A DNA stretch of 64,000 bases from Corallochytrium limacisporum Hawaii. Lineage: Eukaryota > Protista > Pluriformea. A model generated the notes under the pieces. That model searched no databases and was not told the origin of the DNA. It worked only from the letters and a program-made list of their open reading frames with translations. Shown piece after piece: positions 50,199 through 59,256 of the stretch. A program made the translations under genes and the position numbers. Where the stretch lies: positions 21,609-85,608 of the forward strand of contig PDIP01000018.1 in assembly GCA_002811645.1 (NCBI GenBank), written 5' to 3'. Position 1 is the stretch's first letter, and each line of letters starts with the position of its first letter.

Positions 50199-51719
50199 TC
50201 AATCTTTCTTCCTTTCCTTACCCTTGCCCTTGGGTGCAGGGTCCTTTGTGGTCGCCATGATGTAGATGAGGAACAGAACCAAGGGTACCAGCAAGGACAT
50301 GAGGCCGATATTGTAATCCACAGTGTCTGGTAGCGGTCCTCGACCGTCCGCATCCAGCAGGGGTTTGTGTACATGCTGCAGGATACCATCTGCGCCCACT
50401 GTTGTCTCGAAGAGCATATCGACTGCATTCTTGACATAGGCATTGGACATGTTACAATCAGTCCATTCCAGAATCAGACCTTCCCCGTGGCGATAGCCCT
50501 TGGCCACAATACAAGGCGACTCTCCACGACCCTCGCCAATGTCAATAAATCCAATTTCGCCCCACTGACCCGTCCCGGGGAATGCACCGTGACTGTAAGG
50601 CCCACCCTTCACACTGCCCTTCTGGTCGAGCGCACTGACATGAAAAACTGGCAGACCGCCCGGTGAATGCGTGCCGTCGTCCAGGGCAATCATATGCGCA
50701 TCACCGCTCAACACAAAAATCTTCTTGGCGATGCTTGGGTTGTTCGTGAGGAAGTCCACAATGACTTGTCGCTCGTGGCTAAACCAACCCCATTTCTTCT
50801 TGTCATTGATCCATGGAAACGTGTTCACCCAGAAAATACGATCGTGATTGCTAGCCGAATTCTTCAGTTCCTTCATAAACCATTCTCGCTGGACGAATCC
50901 CATCACAGTCTTTTCCGGGCCGTCCTCAGTGGTATTGGGAACACGATCGGCGCGCAGATCTGTAATGATGAAACGGGCTCTACCAAACGTAAATGCATGG
51001 TAGACACCACCAGGTTTGGTCCCACCTACCTTATCGGAGGGCATAGGCCACGGATGAGGCACGTACGCTCTGTAGGCCAAGATGCTTGCATCACGTCCTG
51101 GATGGGTGCTGTCACTATTGTTGGGCCCGAAGTCGTGGTCATCGTACATATAGTATATGGGTGCTGCCTGGTAGAGCAAGGACTGGGTCGGTGAAGCGAT
51201 GGTGTGGTGGAGGGCCTTCTTGAAGAGACTTATATCATCCTTATCAATGTTACCGTAATGCAGGTCTCCCATGTGTATGAAGAATAATGGATCGCTGGCT
51301 GCAATGTCTTTGAAGACTGGATGTTTGCTCCCAGTCCAAGCACAGCTACTCAAGGCAAAACGGAAGCTGAACGGGGTCAATTCTTTTGGCGGTGTATGGA
51401 ACTGACCCTTGATGCCCCTTTCGAACTTGCCATTGAATTTCAGGGCGTAGTAGTACTGCTGATTTGGCAGTAGAGCCCGGATATTGAAGTCAATGTACCT
51501 AGTAGAGACGTCCCCGGTCCGTGTCTCCGGCCCACTGTAGTCCGAATGCCGCCACAGAGATAGTGATACACCGTATTCTTCTTTCACATCCTCGCGCACT
51601 TTTGCTTTGATCCTAACACCATTTGAATCTAATGCTCCTGACCATACCCATTCAAAGTGCTCTGATACATTCGGAGGGTCCCCTTCAGGTATCCCTTCGT
51701 TCGGCTTTAAAATGGACAT
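50199..51719 (-). CDS. PhoD-like alkaline phosphatase/phosphodiesterase with a C-terminal TM helix
   Basis: FALSSCA, IHMGDLHY, MYDDHDFGPNN, TDLRADR, MG..QREW, LSGDAHM. First ATG is 51719. Confidence 0.88.
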   Translation of the reverse strand: MSILKPNEGIPEGDPPNVSEHFEWVWSGALDSNGVRIKAKVREDVKEEYGVSLSLWRHSDYSGPETRTGDVSTRYIDFNIRALLPNQQYYYALKFNGKFERGIKGQFHTPPKELTPFSFRFALSSCAWTGSKHPVFKDIAASDPLFFIHMGDLHYGNIDKDDISLFKKALHHTIASPTQSLLYQAAPIYYMYDDHDFGPNNSDSTHPGRDASILAYRAYVPHPWPMPSDKVGGTKPGGVYHAFTFGRARFIITDLRADRVPNTTEDGPEKTVMGFVQREWFMKELKNSASNHDRIFWVNTFPWINDKKKWGWFSHERQVIVDFLTNNPSIAKKIFVLSGDAHMIALDDGTHSPGGLPVFHVSALDQKGSVKGGPYSHGAFPGTGQWGEIGFIDIGEGRGESPCIVAKGYRHGEGLILEWTDCNMSNAYVKNAVDMLFETTVGADGILQHVHKPLLDADGRGPLPDTVDYNIGLMSLLVPLVLFLIYIMATTKDPAPKGKGKERKKD

Positions 51720-52003
51720 GTTTATCTCGACTTTTGACCGCGAATTCGGCCGCCGTGTTTGTGCCACCGTACTGTGAGATTTCACACCCGTGATTTATTC
51801 TGCCGCTACCGAATCCTTTTATCCCTCAAGTACGTTTTGCCCGGGAAGGCGCTTAAACGAACAACATTGACCGCCTATCCCCTCAGTGCTTCGGCACGCC
51901 GCGGTTGCACAGCGCATTCGGACGGGAGGCGCCACCGGCTAAGGAGCGCGGTAGAGACAGAGAGAGATATCGGCTGGCCGATCCATCCCCCCCCCCCCCC
52001 CCC

Positions 52004-52259
52004 NNNNNNNNNNNNNNNNNNNNNNNNNNNNNNNNNNNNNNNNNNNNNNNNNNNNNNNNNNNNNNNNNNNNNNNNNNNNNNNNNNNNNNNNNNNNNNNNN
52101 NNNNNNNNNNNNNNNNNNNNNNNNNNNNNNNNNNNNNNNNNNNNNNNNNNNNNNNNNNNNNNNNNNNNNNNNNNNNNNNNNNNNNNNNNNNNNNNNNNNN
52201 NNNNNNNNNNNNNNNNNNNNNNNNNNNNNNNNNNNNNNNNNNNNNNNNNNNNNNNNNNN
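52004..52259. other. Assembly gap following a poly-C tract
   Basis: N run preceded by a run of about 17 C. Confidence 0.95.
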
Positions 52260-52662
52260 AAACGAAGGGAGCAGAAAAGCCACTTCAAAGCCTCCTCCGC
52301 CAGGGAGCTAGCGGTTTTGGGGAAGGGGGGGCCACTTCGCGGTTGGCGCTGTGCCGTTGGGGGTGGTGGGGTACCGTGGTACTCTTTAAACTAGTGGACC
52401 GGTGAGGTGCAGCCCCTGACATTTGGTCGCAGAGGATGACGAATGTGAGGCTCTGGTAGGCCGTACTTGTTGGCGCTGCAGGTAAGCTACTTGTATTTAC
52501 AGGTGTGTTCTGGGGACTCGTGAGTGTTGAAAACTGCAGTCTACAAAGAGAATCGAAATAGGCCCTATTTATGTGAGGCGTCAAAAGCGTAGTGGCTTTG
52601 TTCTAATCGCATTGCCAACATGACAGAAACCTAACCACCACAGTATAGTAAAATTCAGAGTT

Positions 52663-55600
52663 ATGGCTGAACCTCCGAGCTTCACATTTGAAGCTCTTGT
52701 AGGAAAGAATGCCGGGGACGCTAGCTTCCTATTCGGCAGCGGTCACTTCAAGGATCAGGCCACGTCGCTGGCAGTCAGTAGCAAATTCGTTATGCTCGGT
52801 ACCAAAAAGGGTCGACTTCATGTATTAGATATGCAGTGCAACCCTGTGAGTCGGTTTGCATTGGCTGCAGCTGCAATTAATGCAGTGTCATTCGATTTAG
52901 ACAGGGAAGAGAATGCTGTAGGTGCCAGCGAAGATGGTAAAGTCGTAGTCCAGAGTCTCTTTGGCGGCGGACAGCACGCAATTTCAGACAACCTCCAGGG
53001 AAAGTCATTGACCGCCGTAGCTTTAGATCCATCATTTAGTCAGCGACAGCGTGTGGCAGTCGGAACCAGGACCGGTGAAGTCATTCTCATTGAACGCAAG
53101 TTCTTCTACAACAGCCGGCGGAATCTGTACAATGCGGCATCGGAGCAAGGGGCAACCGTTGGACCGATCTTAGACCTCCAGTGGCATAGTGATCGCTTGA
53201 TTGCCTTTGCCACTTCCCAGCATGTACGTGTGGTGGAAGTCAATAGCGGTGTGATGAAACAAGTAATCGGCGCTGCTCCAGGGGATCGTCACTTGTACTG
53301 GAGTGGTTTCAGTAAGCTTGTGTGCTCGTCGGGAAAGTCGGTGGATGTGGTTCATTTTCCAACCCTCGAAGAAGCAAAACAGGTGTCCATAGCTGCCGAC
53401 GGGGCATCGTTCATGGATCGTCTGCGTATTACTCCTCGTACTAAGGATCAGAGTCCCAGTGTTGGAGGTACAAGCGGCAGTAACGTTAGAGGATCAGATC
53501 CTTCGGGACCAATCAACTCAGCAGCTGCATTGTACGAGAACGCGACCGCCACTGAGCTGCTGCGTGCACAGGCGGATGCAAGTCTGACCATTGATGGACC
53601 TGTGGTCGGCGTGGGCCCCTGGGAAGGTAATGGTGTTATGGCGTGCTGGATCACGACTAAGAAGGCCGTGGAGAGGGCAAAACGTCGGTCAAGCTCATCT
53701 ATGGGATCTATCGGAAAAGGAAAAGGAAAGGAGAATCTTACCCTCGAACCCGGTGATGGCTCTTCCGAAAGAGTACCCAGTGCTGCCACCGAAGAAAGCA
53801 TTGATGATCATGATTTAGGGACCGCATCGTCGACCTCTGCGGAGAGTGCTAGAGACCTGCTGGAAAGCAACCAGCCTGCCAGCCTATTACCGCACTGGGA
53901 AGGTGAGATAATGCTGGCCTTCGGCATGTGGATTCCTCCAACAGAGGAAGAGGAAGAAGACGAAAACTATGTTCCTGCGACCACGATCTACCCTGCGGAT
54001 GTGCATACACTGAGTAAGCCTGACGAAGATGCACCAAACTTCGCCAACAAAATCAAATTTGTTGCCATGACCGATTTAAACCAGGACAAGAACATTCGCG
54101 ATACGCCAGACACTAACGATGCTAGCAAACTCTATTATGTCATAGGCCCGTTCGGCATCGCCCGAGTGAAGCCACTGACCCAGGAAGATCACATTGAGTA
54201 CCTGGACAGGCAGGGACGCTTCAAGGAGGCACTAGAGCTGTCGAAGGCTTCAGGCCGCGATCGGCAGACCCGAAAGATCACCCATCGCTATCTGAGCAAG
54301 CTAATGAACGAGAAGGATCTCGACGCCCTGGCGTGTTTGATCTGCGACCTGCGCCCGGATGCAACGGGTGGATTATTTGATCGGACCGGAAGCACCGATT
54401 GGGATGAAGAGGAAGTGAAGCTGTGGATGGATATCTTGACGACACTATTGAATGCGAAACACGAGTGTTTGCTGCGGAAAAGTACCAGACCAGAGGGCAC
54501 TCCACGCGGAGACGAACCTCCGTGTTTGTCTCCAGTGCTCGTGCTGGTTCCCCGAGGTCCGAAGGCCGAATCCCAAGCCTTGGACGGCCCTGTTCATGAC
54601 CTCCCTATAGAATTGTACAGCAGGATCCTCACACTCTATGAGGACGAACAGTCAGAGAATTTTGCGGTGGCCATGACTGCCTGGCCTTTGGCGCTCCTGA
54701 ATGCCAAGGACCTTGCTCTACTGAAACGGGCGCGTCGCTATGTGTCAGACCTAGAAGAAAGAGAAGACGATGCCAGTGAAGAAGATAACTTCGACTACAA
54801 ACGTGGCTTCTCGCAGGATGTCATCCTTGAGGGATATTACGCCTTTCTCAATAAGATCAATGGGGCCTCACAGGGAACCTTCAACGACCTCAACTTGTCT
54901 GGTGTTTACAACAACAATTTGTCAGTGAGTCCGGGCCGCTCACCAAACTCCCGCCGCGAGGTGCCGAATGAGGAAGTCATTAGCCTGTCCCTGCGCGCTG
55001 GCCTGCTCTTGCGGAGGAATGAGGCGCTCTCGGAGATTAATTCCGGTACGGCAACTCATCTCCTGGTGGAACGCATCCGTGACATTTTCGGTGTCAACTT
55101 CGTTAATGCGGCCAAAGCACTAGCCGTCTGGCGCGACGCTGTAGGCGTAAAGCCTGTGATCGACCGCCTGGAGTCTCTCAAAATGTTTGGAGAGATGAGT
55201 CAGTATTTCAGTACTCTCAACACCCTGGATATGCGGGCGGCCGCACCATTTAATGAGCGCATGATTGAGCTCTATGCGGACTATGACTATGCGAAGTTGC
55301 TGCCACTGCTACGGTCGACCGTGAACTACAACCTTGAGAAAACGTACGCATTGTGCGAGAAACGCCGGTTCGTACCGGAGATGATCTTTCTGCTGAGTCG
55401 CATGGGCGCCAACAAGAAAGCCCTGCAGATCATGATTGACTACTCCAACGACGTCACGCAGGCGATTGAATTTGCAAAGGAACAGGACGATGCAGAGCTG
55501 TGGCAGGATCTCATCAACTTCTCCATCGACAAACCGGACTACGTACGAGCGCTTCTGCTGCAGGCCGGCAGCCATATCGATCCGCTGAACGTCGTGCCGA

Positions 55601-56124
55601 GAATTCCAGAGACGATGGAGATTCCCGGACTGCGGGAGGCCGTAATCAAAGTTCTAGCCGACAGCCAGACCAAGTCTCTGCTGCAGAAGAGTTGTGCACA
55701 AATCCTACAGGACGATGTGGTGGAGCTGCAGAGGCGATTAAAAGCCTTACAGAATCGCGGTGCGTGGAGTGATCCGCACGAGTCTGTGTGTGCCATCTGC
55801 AATGGTCCCATTTGGAACGAAACGACTGTGGAGAATCATCCGAACATTGTCATTTTCTATTGTGGCCATAGGTACCACCAGGACTGTCTAACGACCATGT
55901 GTCAGGCTAGGGCTAGCAGTATGGCGACCAAGAAGGGCCGAAGCACCCCTGTCGAGTCCGCAGTCATCCATTGCGTGCGCTGTCAGTCGCAGCTAGCTAA
56001 ACGTGCTGGGCAGGGCGGTGCCACTGGGGCACCGACGAGCGGTTCCAGTCCGTTCGGCGGTGCGCTGCTAGGGCGCAAGGCAGCGGCAGCGGCAGCATCT
56101 GCAGCAAATGGGACGATGTTTTGA
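52663..56124 (+). CDS. VPS41: HOPS subunit Vps41
   Basis: N-terminal beta-propeller (LGTKKGRLHVLD..N, ASEDGKV), DHIEYL, clathrin repeat ELYADYD..KLLPLLRS..Y.LEK....C......EMIFLLSRMG, AIEFAKEQDD.ELW.DLI, C-terminal RING-H2 CAIC..CGH.YH.DC..C..C. Confidence 0.93.
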   Translation: MAEPPSFTFEALVGKNAGDASFLFGSGHFKDQATSLAVSSKFVMLGTKKGRLHVLDMQCNPVSRFALAAAAINAVSFDLDREENAVGASEDGKVVVQSLFGGGQHAISDNLQGKSLTAVALDPSFSQRQRVAVGTRTGEVILIERKFFYNSRRNLYNAASEQGATVGPILDLQWHSDRLIAFATSQHVRVVEVNSGVMKQVIGAAPGDRHLYWSGFSKLVCSSGKSVDVVHFPTLEEAKQVSIAADGASFMDRLRITPRTKDQSPSVGGTSGSNVRGSDPSGPINSAAALYENATATELLRAQADASLTIDGPVVGVGPWEGNGVMACWITTKKAVERAKRRSSSSMGSIGKGKGKENLTLEPGDGSSERVPSAATEESIDDHDLGTASSTSAESARDLLESNQPASLLPHWEGEIMLAFGMWIPPTEEEEEDENYVPATTIYPADVHTLSKPDEDAPNFANKIKFVAMTDLNQDKNIRDTPDTNDASKLYYVIGPFGIARVKPLTQEDHIEYLDRQGRFKEALELSKASGRDRQTRKITHRYLSKLMNEKDLDALACLICDLRPDATGGLFDRTGSTDWDEEEVKLWMDILTTLLNAKHECLLRKSTRPEGTPRGDEPPCLSPVLVLVPRGPKAESQALDGPVHDLPIELYSRILTLYEDEQSENFAVAMTAWPLALLNAKDLALLKRARRYVSDLEEREDDASEEDNFDYKRGFSQDVILEGYYAFLNKINGASQGTFNDLNLSGVYNNNLSVSPGRSPNSRREVPNEEVISLSLRAGLLLRRNEALSEINSGTATHLLVERIRDIFGVNFVNAAKALAVWRDAVGVKPVIDRLESLKMFGEMSQYFSTLNTLDMRAAAPFNERMIELYADYDYAKLLPLLRSTVNYNLEKTYALCEKRRFVPEMIFLLSRMGANKKALQIMIDYSNDVTQAIEFAKEQDDAELWQDLINFSIDKPDYVRALLLQAGSHIDPLNVVPRIPETMEIPGLREAVIKVLADSQTKSLLQKSCAQILQDDVVELQRRLKALQNRGAWSDPHESVCAICNGPIWNETTVENHPNIVIFYCGHRYHQDCLTTMCQARASSMATKKGRSTPVESAVIHCVRCQSQLAKRAGQGGATGAPTSGSSPFGGALLGRKAAAAAASAANGTMF

Positions 56125-56764
56125 GTAAGTTTGTCATTACACGGCCACAAGAGTTCAAATTAAAATCTAGAAAATAATCTCGTAGAGTTTTGACTACCTC
56201 CGGATTTTTCCTATCCAACTCTCTGCGGACGTGGGCACCGCTGATTGGACCGGAGGAGCGGACTCAATGGTCTCAAAATTGGGCCCCCGATCCCACATTT
56301 TCTGGACACCGTGGCGCCCCCCTCAACAACTGTCCCGTACCGCAATCGGACACACAGAGCGGCAAGGGGGGCTCCTGGGTTGTGCGCCGGCCCGGGGGGG
56401 GGGGTTGGGCCGGCGAGCACAGTAGCGCTACAGGCAACTTTTACGGAGGCGCAGGAATATTTCGGCACAACAGAGCCCTGTCGAAGAAGTGGGGAGGGAT
56501 TTTTGCACTCGCGATTGCCTTCGCAAGGGAACAGGAAACTAAAACCCCTGTGCTACGCCTCGAGATCAATTTCCGAAAAAGTTGAACAGTGATTTGAAAA
56601 GGATAGCAGCACACACTGATAGCCTAGATAGTCTGCAGGTGAAGGTTCTTATAATCTAGCATTATGCTCGTCGTGAACGGCAACGGAAGAATTCTCGTGT
56701 GAAAGTGAAGAAGCAAAGGAAACTTCCACGTAGCTCCAGGGAACTTCACAAAGCCTTAACAACA

Positions 56765-57235
56765 ATGGCACGCAAGCTCAAAGGTCAGCCTCAGGAAGAG
56801 ACCAAGGCCCAACGCAAGGCCCGCATGGAGGAATACAAGCGCATCAATCAGAAAGCGCGTAGCTTTGGACTGCCTGTGATTGGTGCGCTGATCGTATTGA
56901 TCTTTGGTGTGCTCCTTGTGGCACCGTATATGCGTCCTGAACCCGTGGCACCGACCCCGCAATTCAATATGGACATTAACCAGAAGTACAGCAAGGATAT
57001 GTTGGCAAATATTGGCTTGGACGAGGAGATGGTAAAAGGTTTCGGCCTCGAACCGGACGAAAACGGACTGTACGATTTGTCGCCACTATTCGCGGGTGCG
57101 GCTGGAGGTGCTGGACTCAACACCCTTCAGGAAGAGCCGGCAAAGCCATTCCCGATAGACAAGCAAGCTGAGGAGCAGAAGGCAAAAGACGACCTGAACG
57201 AAGCGATTGAAGACGTGCTCGGCGCCATGGAGTAA
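56765..57235 (+). CDS. SMCO4-like single-pass membrane/coiled-coil protein with a C-terminal extension
   Basis: MARKLKGQPQEETKAQRKARME.......LPVIGALIVLIFGVL resembles the SMCO4 N-terminus (MRQLKG.P.KET...K.ER...LP plus TM). First ATG is 56765. Confidence 0.65.
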   Translation: MARKLKGQPQEETKAQRKARMEEYKRINQKARSFGLPVIGALIVLIFGVLLVAPYMRPEPVAPTPQFNMDINQKYSKDMLANIGLDEEMVKGFGLEPDENGLYDLSPLFAGAAGGAGLNTLQEEPAKPFPIDKQAEEQKAKDDLNEAIEDVLGAME

Positions 57236-57481
57236 TGGATGACATCTGTCCGGAATGAGGCTCAACGCTGAACAACAAAGATGGGGATATTATCACCGGC
57301 CCGGGCCACTATAGAGACATAATTAAAAGCACTATTTCGTGGAACTATTAGGTTCCTATCAACATCAATATGAGTTTCTACGCGGTTGGATTTTATCTAT
57401 GGTACTCGTTGTTTGACCCGTGACTTTGGGACTCCGCTCGATTGGAGTATATACCCGAAGAAAATCTCCTTTTCAGCTCGT

Positions 57482-58315
57482 CTATTTATGCTTCTTCACC
57501 CGTTCTGAAGCATCTGTGTCCGTGGACATGCCCAACTTCTCCTTCAAGATCACCCGAACCAGGCCATAGATCTCGTCGCTGGTGCTGCCACGCATGTTTT
57601 GCAGAGTGCCAAGTTCCTCGAAGTGGGCCAGAAGCGGTTCTGAAGCTTCATGGTACAGTTGTAGACGCTTCTTGACGACCTCAAGTTTGTCATCTTCGCG
57701 AACAATTAGATCCTCTCCAGTGATGTCGTCCTTACCCTCGACTCTTGGTGGATTGTAGGAACGATGATAAGTTCGTCCGCTGGCCAGGTGCACAAGCCGT
57801 CCCGCCGTGCGTTCGACAATCTCTTCATCGGGGACACACATATTAATGGCCAGGGAGATACGGTGGTGGTCCTCAAAGTCCTTAGCTTGTACTGGTGTCC
57901 GGGGAAAGCCGTCAAGCAGCCAATGGGCCTGATCCCCGCCTTCGTGGCTGGCAAACTCGTCACGGAAAATGTCGAGGATCAGGTCGTCGGGAACAAGTTT
58001 ACCGGATTTCATGAAGTTCGCTACTTTTTGACCAATTTCTGTCTGCTTAGCGACATGGTTACGTAAGATGTTGCCGGTGGCTGTGTAAATGAAACCGTAG
58101 TCATCGATCATCCACTGGGAAACCGTGCCCTTGCCGGAGCCCGGGGGGCCGAGGATCAGTACTTTGTGTCCATTGCCCCCAGAACTGCTGTAGGACCGGC
58201 TGCAAGTCGTAGCTGTAGCAATGGTGATCATACCCGCAGCAGTCAAACCCGGTCTATGAGCAACCACAGTGGTCCTGCGGAGTGCGCACAGACCGTTGAG
58301 CACGCGAGCAGCCAT
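57482..58315 (-). CDS. AK3: Mitochondrial adenylate kinase, AK3-like GTP:AMP phosphotransferase
   Basis: Presequence; P-loop GPPGSGKGT; WLLDGFPRT; LID RLVHLASGRTYH; REDD. Confidence 0.85.
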   Translation of the reverse strand: MAARVLNGLCALRRTTVVAHRPGLTAAGMITIATATTCSRSYSSSGGNGHKVLILGPPGSGKGTVSQWMIDDYGFIYTATGNILRNHVAKQTEIGQKVANFMKSGKLVPDDLILDIFRDEFASHEGGDQAHWLLDGFPRTPVQAKDFEDHHRISLAINMCVPDEEIVERTAGRLVHLASGRTYHRSYNPPRVEGKDDITGEDLIVREDDKLEVVKKRLQLYHEASEPLLAHFEELGTLQNMRGSTSDEIYGLVRVILKEKLGMSTDTDASERVKKHK

Positions 58316-58738
58316 ATTTGGGTTGTCTATTCTTAGATCAACCTTTGGGAAGAACTGAAAGTATCAAGATCTCCGCATTCACGGATGACGTGATCTCAAC
58401 AATACATCAATTTGAAGTAGTCAAACACACACCACGCGTGAATATCACATGTTTGCAAGGAATCTTACCGAGCTTCCGTGGCCTGCAGCACGCTAATAAC
58501 ACCCAGCCGGACCTGCTACCAGGTTCGGTCCCCTCCCCCGCAAATTCACGTTCATCGTCCGAACTCAGTACCAACCGCCCAACCGCGGAACCAGGCCCCC
58601 CCTTCCCACTTGCCGCTCTCTCAGCGCTCTCCACTGCTCCTCCGTCCCCCTCTCCCTCCTCTCTTCCCGTCGGTTACCCCCCCCCCCCCGGCCACTCTTT
58701 AAGCGCGGCGTTGTCCAAACCCTGGGGGGGTTTAAAAA

Positions 58739-58797
58739 NNNNNNNNNNNNNNNNNNNNNNNNNNNNNNNNNNNNNNNNNNNNNNNNNNNNNNNNNNN
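58739..58797. other. Assembly gap flanked by an ~80-bp near-duplication
   Basis: About 58655-58738 nearly matches 58798-58880 (CCTCTCTTCCCGTCGGTTACCCC..TTTAAGCGCGGCGTTGTCCAAACC). Confidence 0.9.
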
Positions 58798-59256
58798 CCT
58801 CCTCTCTTCCCGTCGGTTACCCCCCCCCCCGGCCAATCTTTAAGCGCGGCGTTGTCCAAACCCTGGGGGGTATTAAAAAACTAATGGCCTCACATATGTA
58901 CCACCCACAATGAGCATATTACTTATTTAAATCCGGTGCTTAGGGAGGCTTGGGCGGGGTTGGTGGGGGGTTACGGAGCAAGCCTCAGACTAGCGCCCCC
59001 TCGGGGGAGGGGCGCTGTTTTGGTTTTTATCACTTTGGAGTGCCCTCCGTGGCGGAAGAGCTCGGGCTGGGTCTGCTGCCTCGAAACCGCCGATGAGGAG
59101 CGTCTGACCACAGCTACTTCAGTTATAGGGTTACAGAGATTCTGAATGCGGTGTCTGTACTTGTCAAGGTGCGAATTTTGACTTGTCGGACTAGCCAACG
59201 ACCATGGGACTGTAAAGATTGTGACAAGATAAAGAAGACTCTGCTGGGTAGGAAAA

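Noticed and set aside
4819-56764. Non-ATG starts in the ORF track (4819, 16003, 16655, 29582, 37216, 47180, 49175, 51785, 56699)
   Set aside because: The track permits GTG/TTG starts. In each case a nearby in-frame ATG precedes the conserved region, so non-AUG initiation is not needed.
58655-58880. ~80-bp duplication around a gap
   Set aside because: Same unmerged-overlap artefact pattern.
3167-58945. Scattered single TTAGGG/CCCTAA hexamers in promoters as sites for the telobox protein
   Set aside because: About 11 seen in ~20 kb of intergenic DNA, close to the ~10 expected by chance, with no tandem telomeric arrays.
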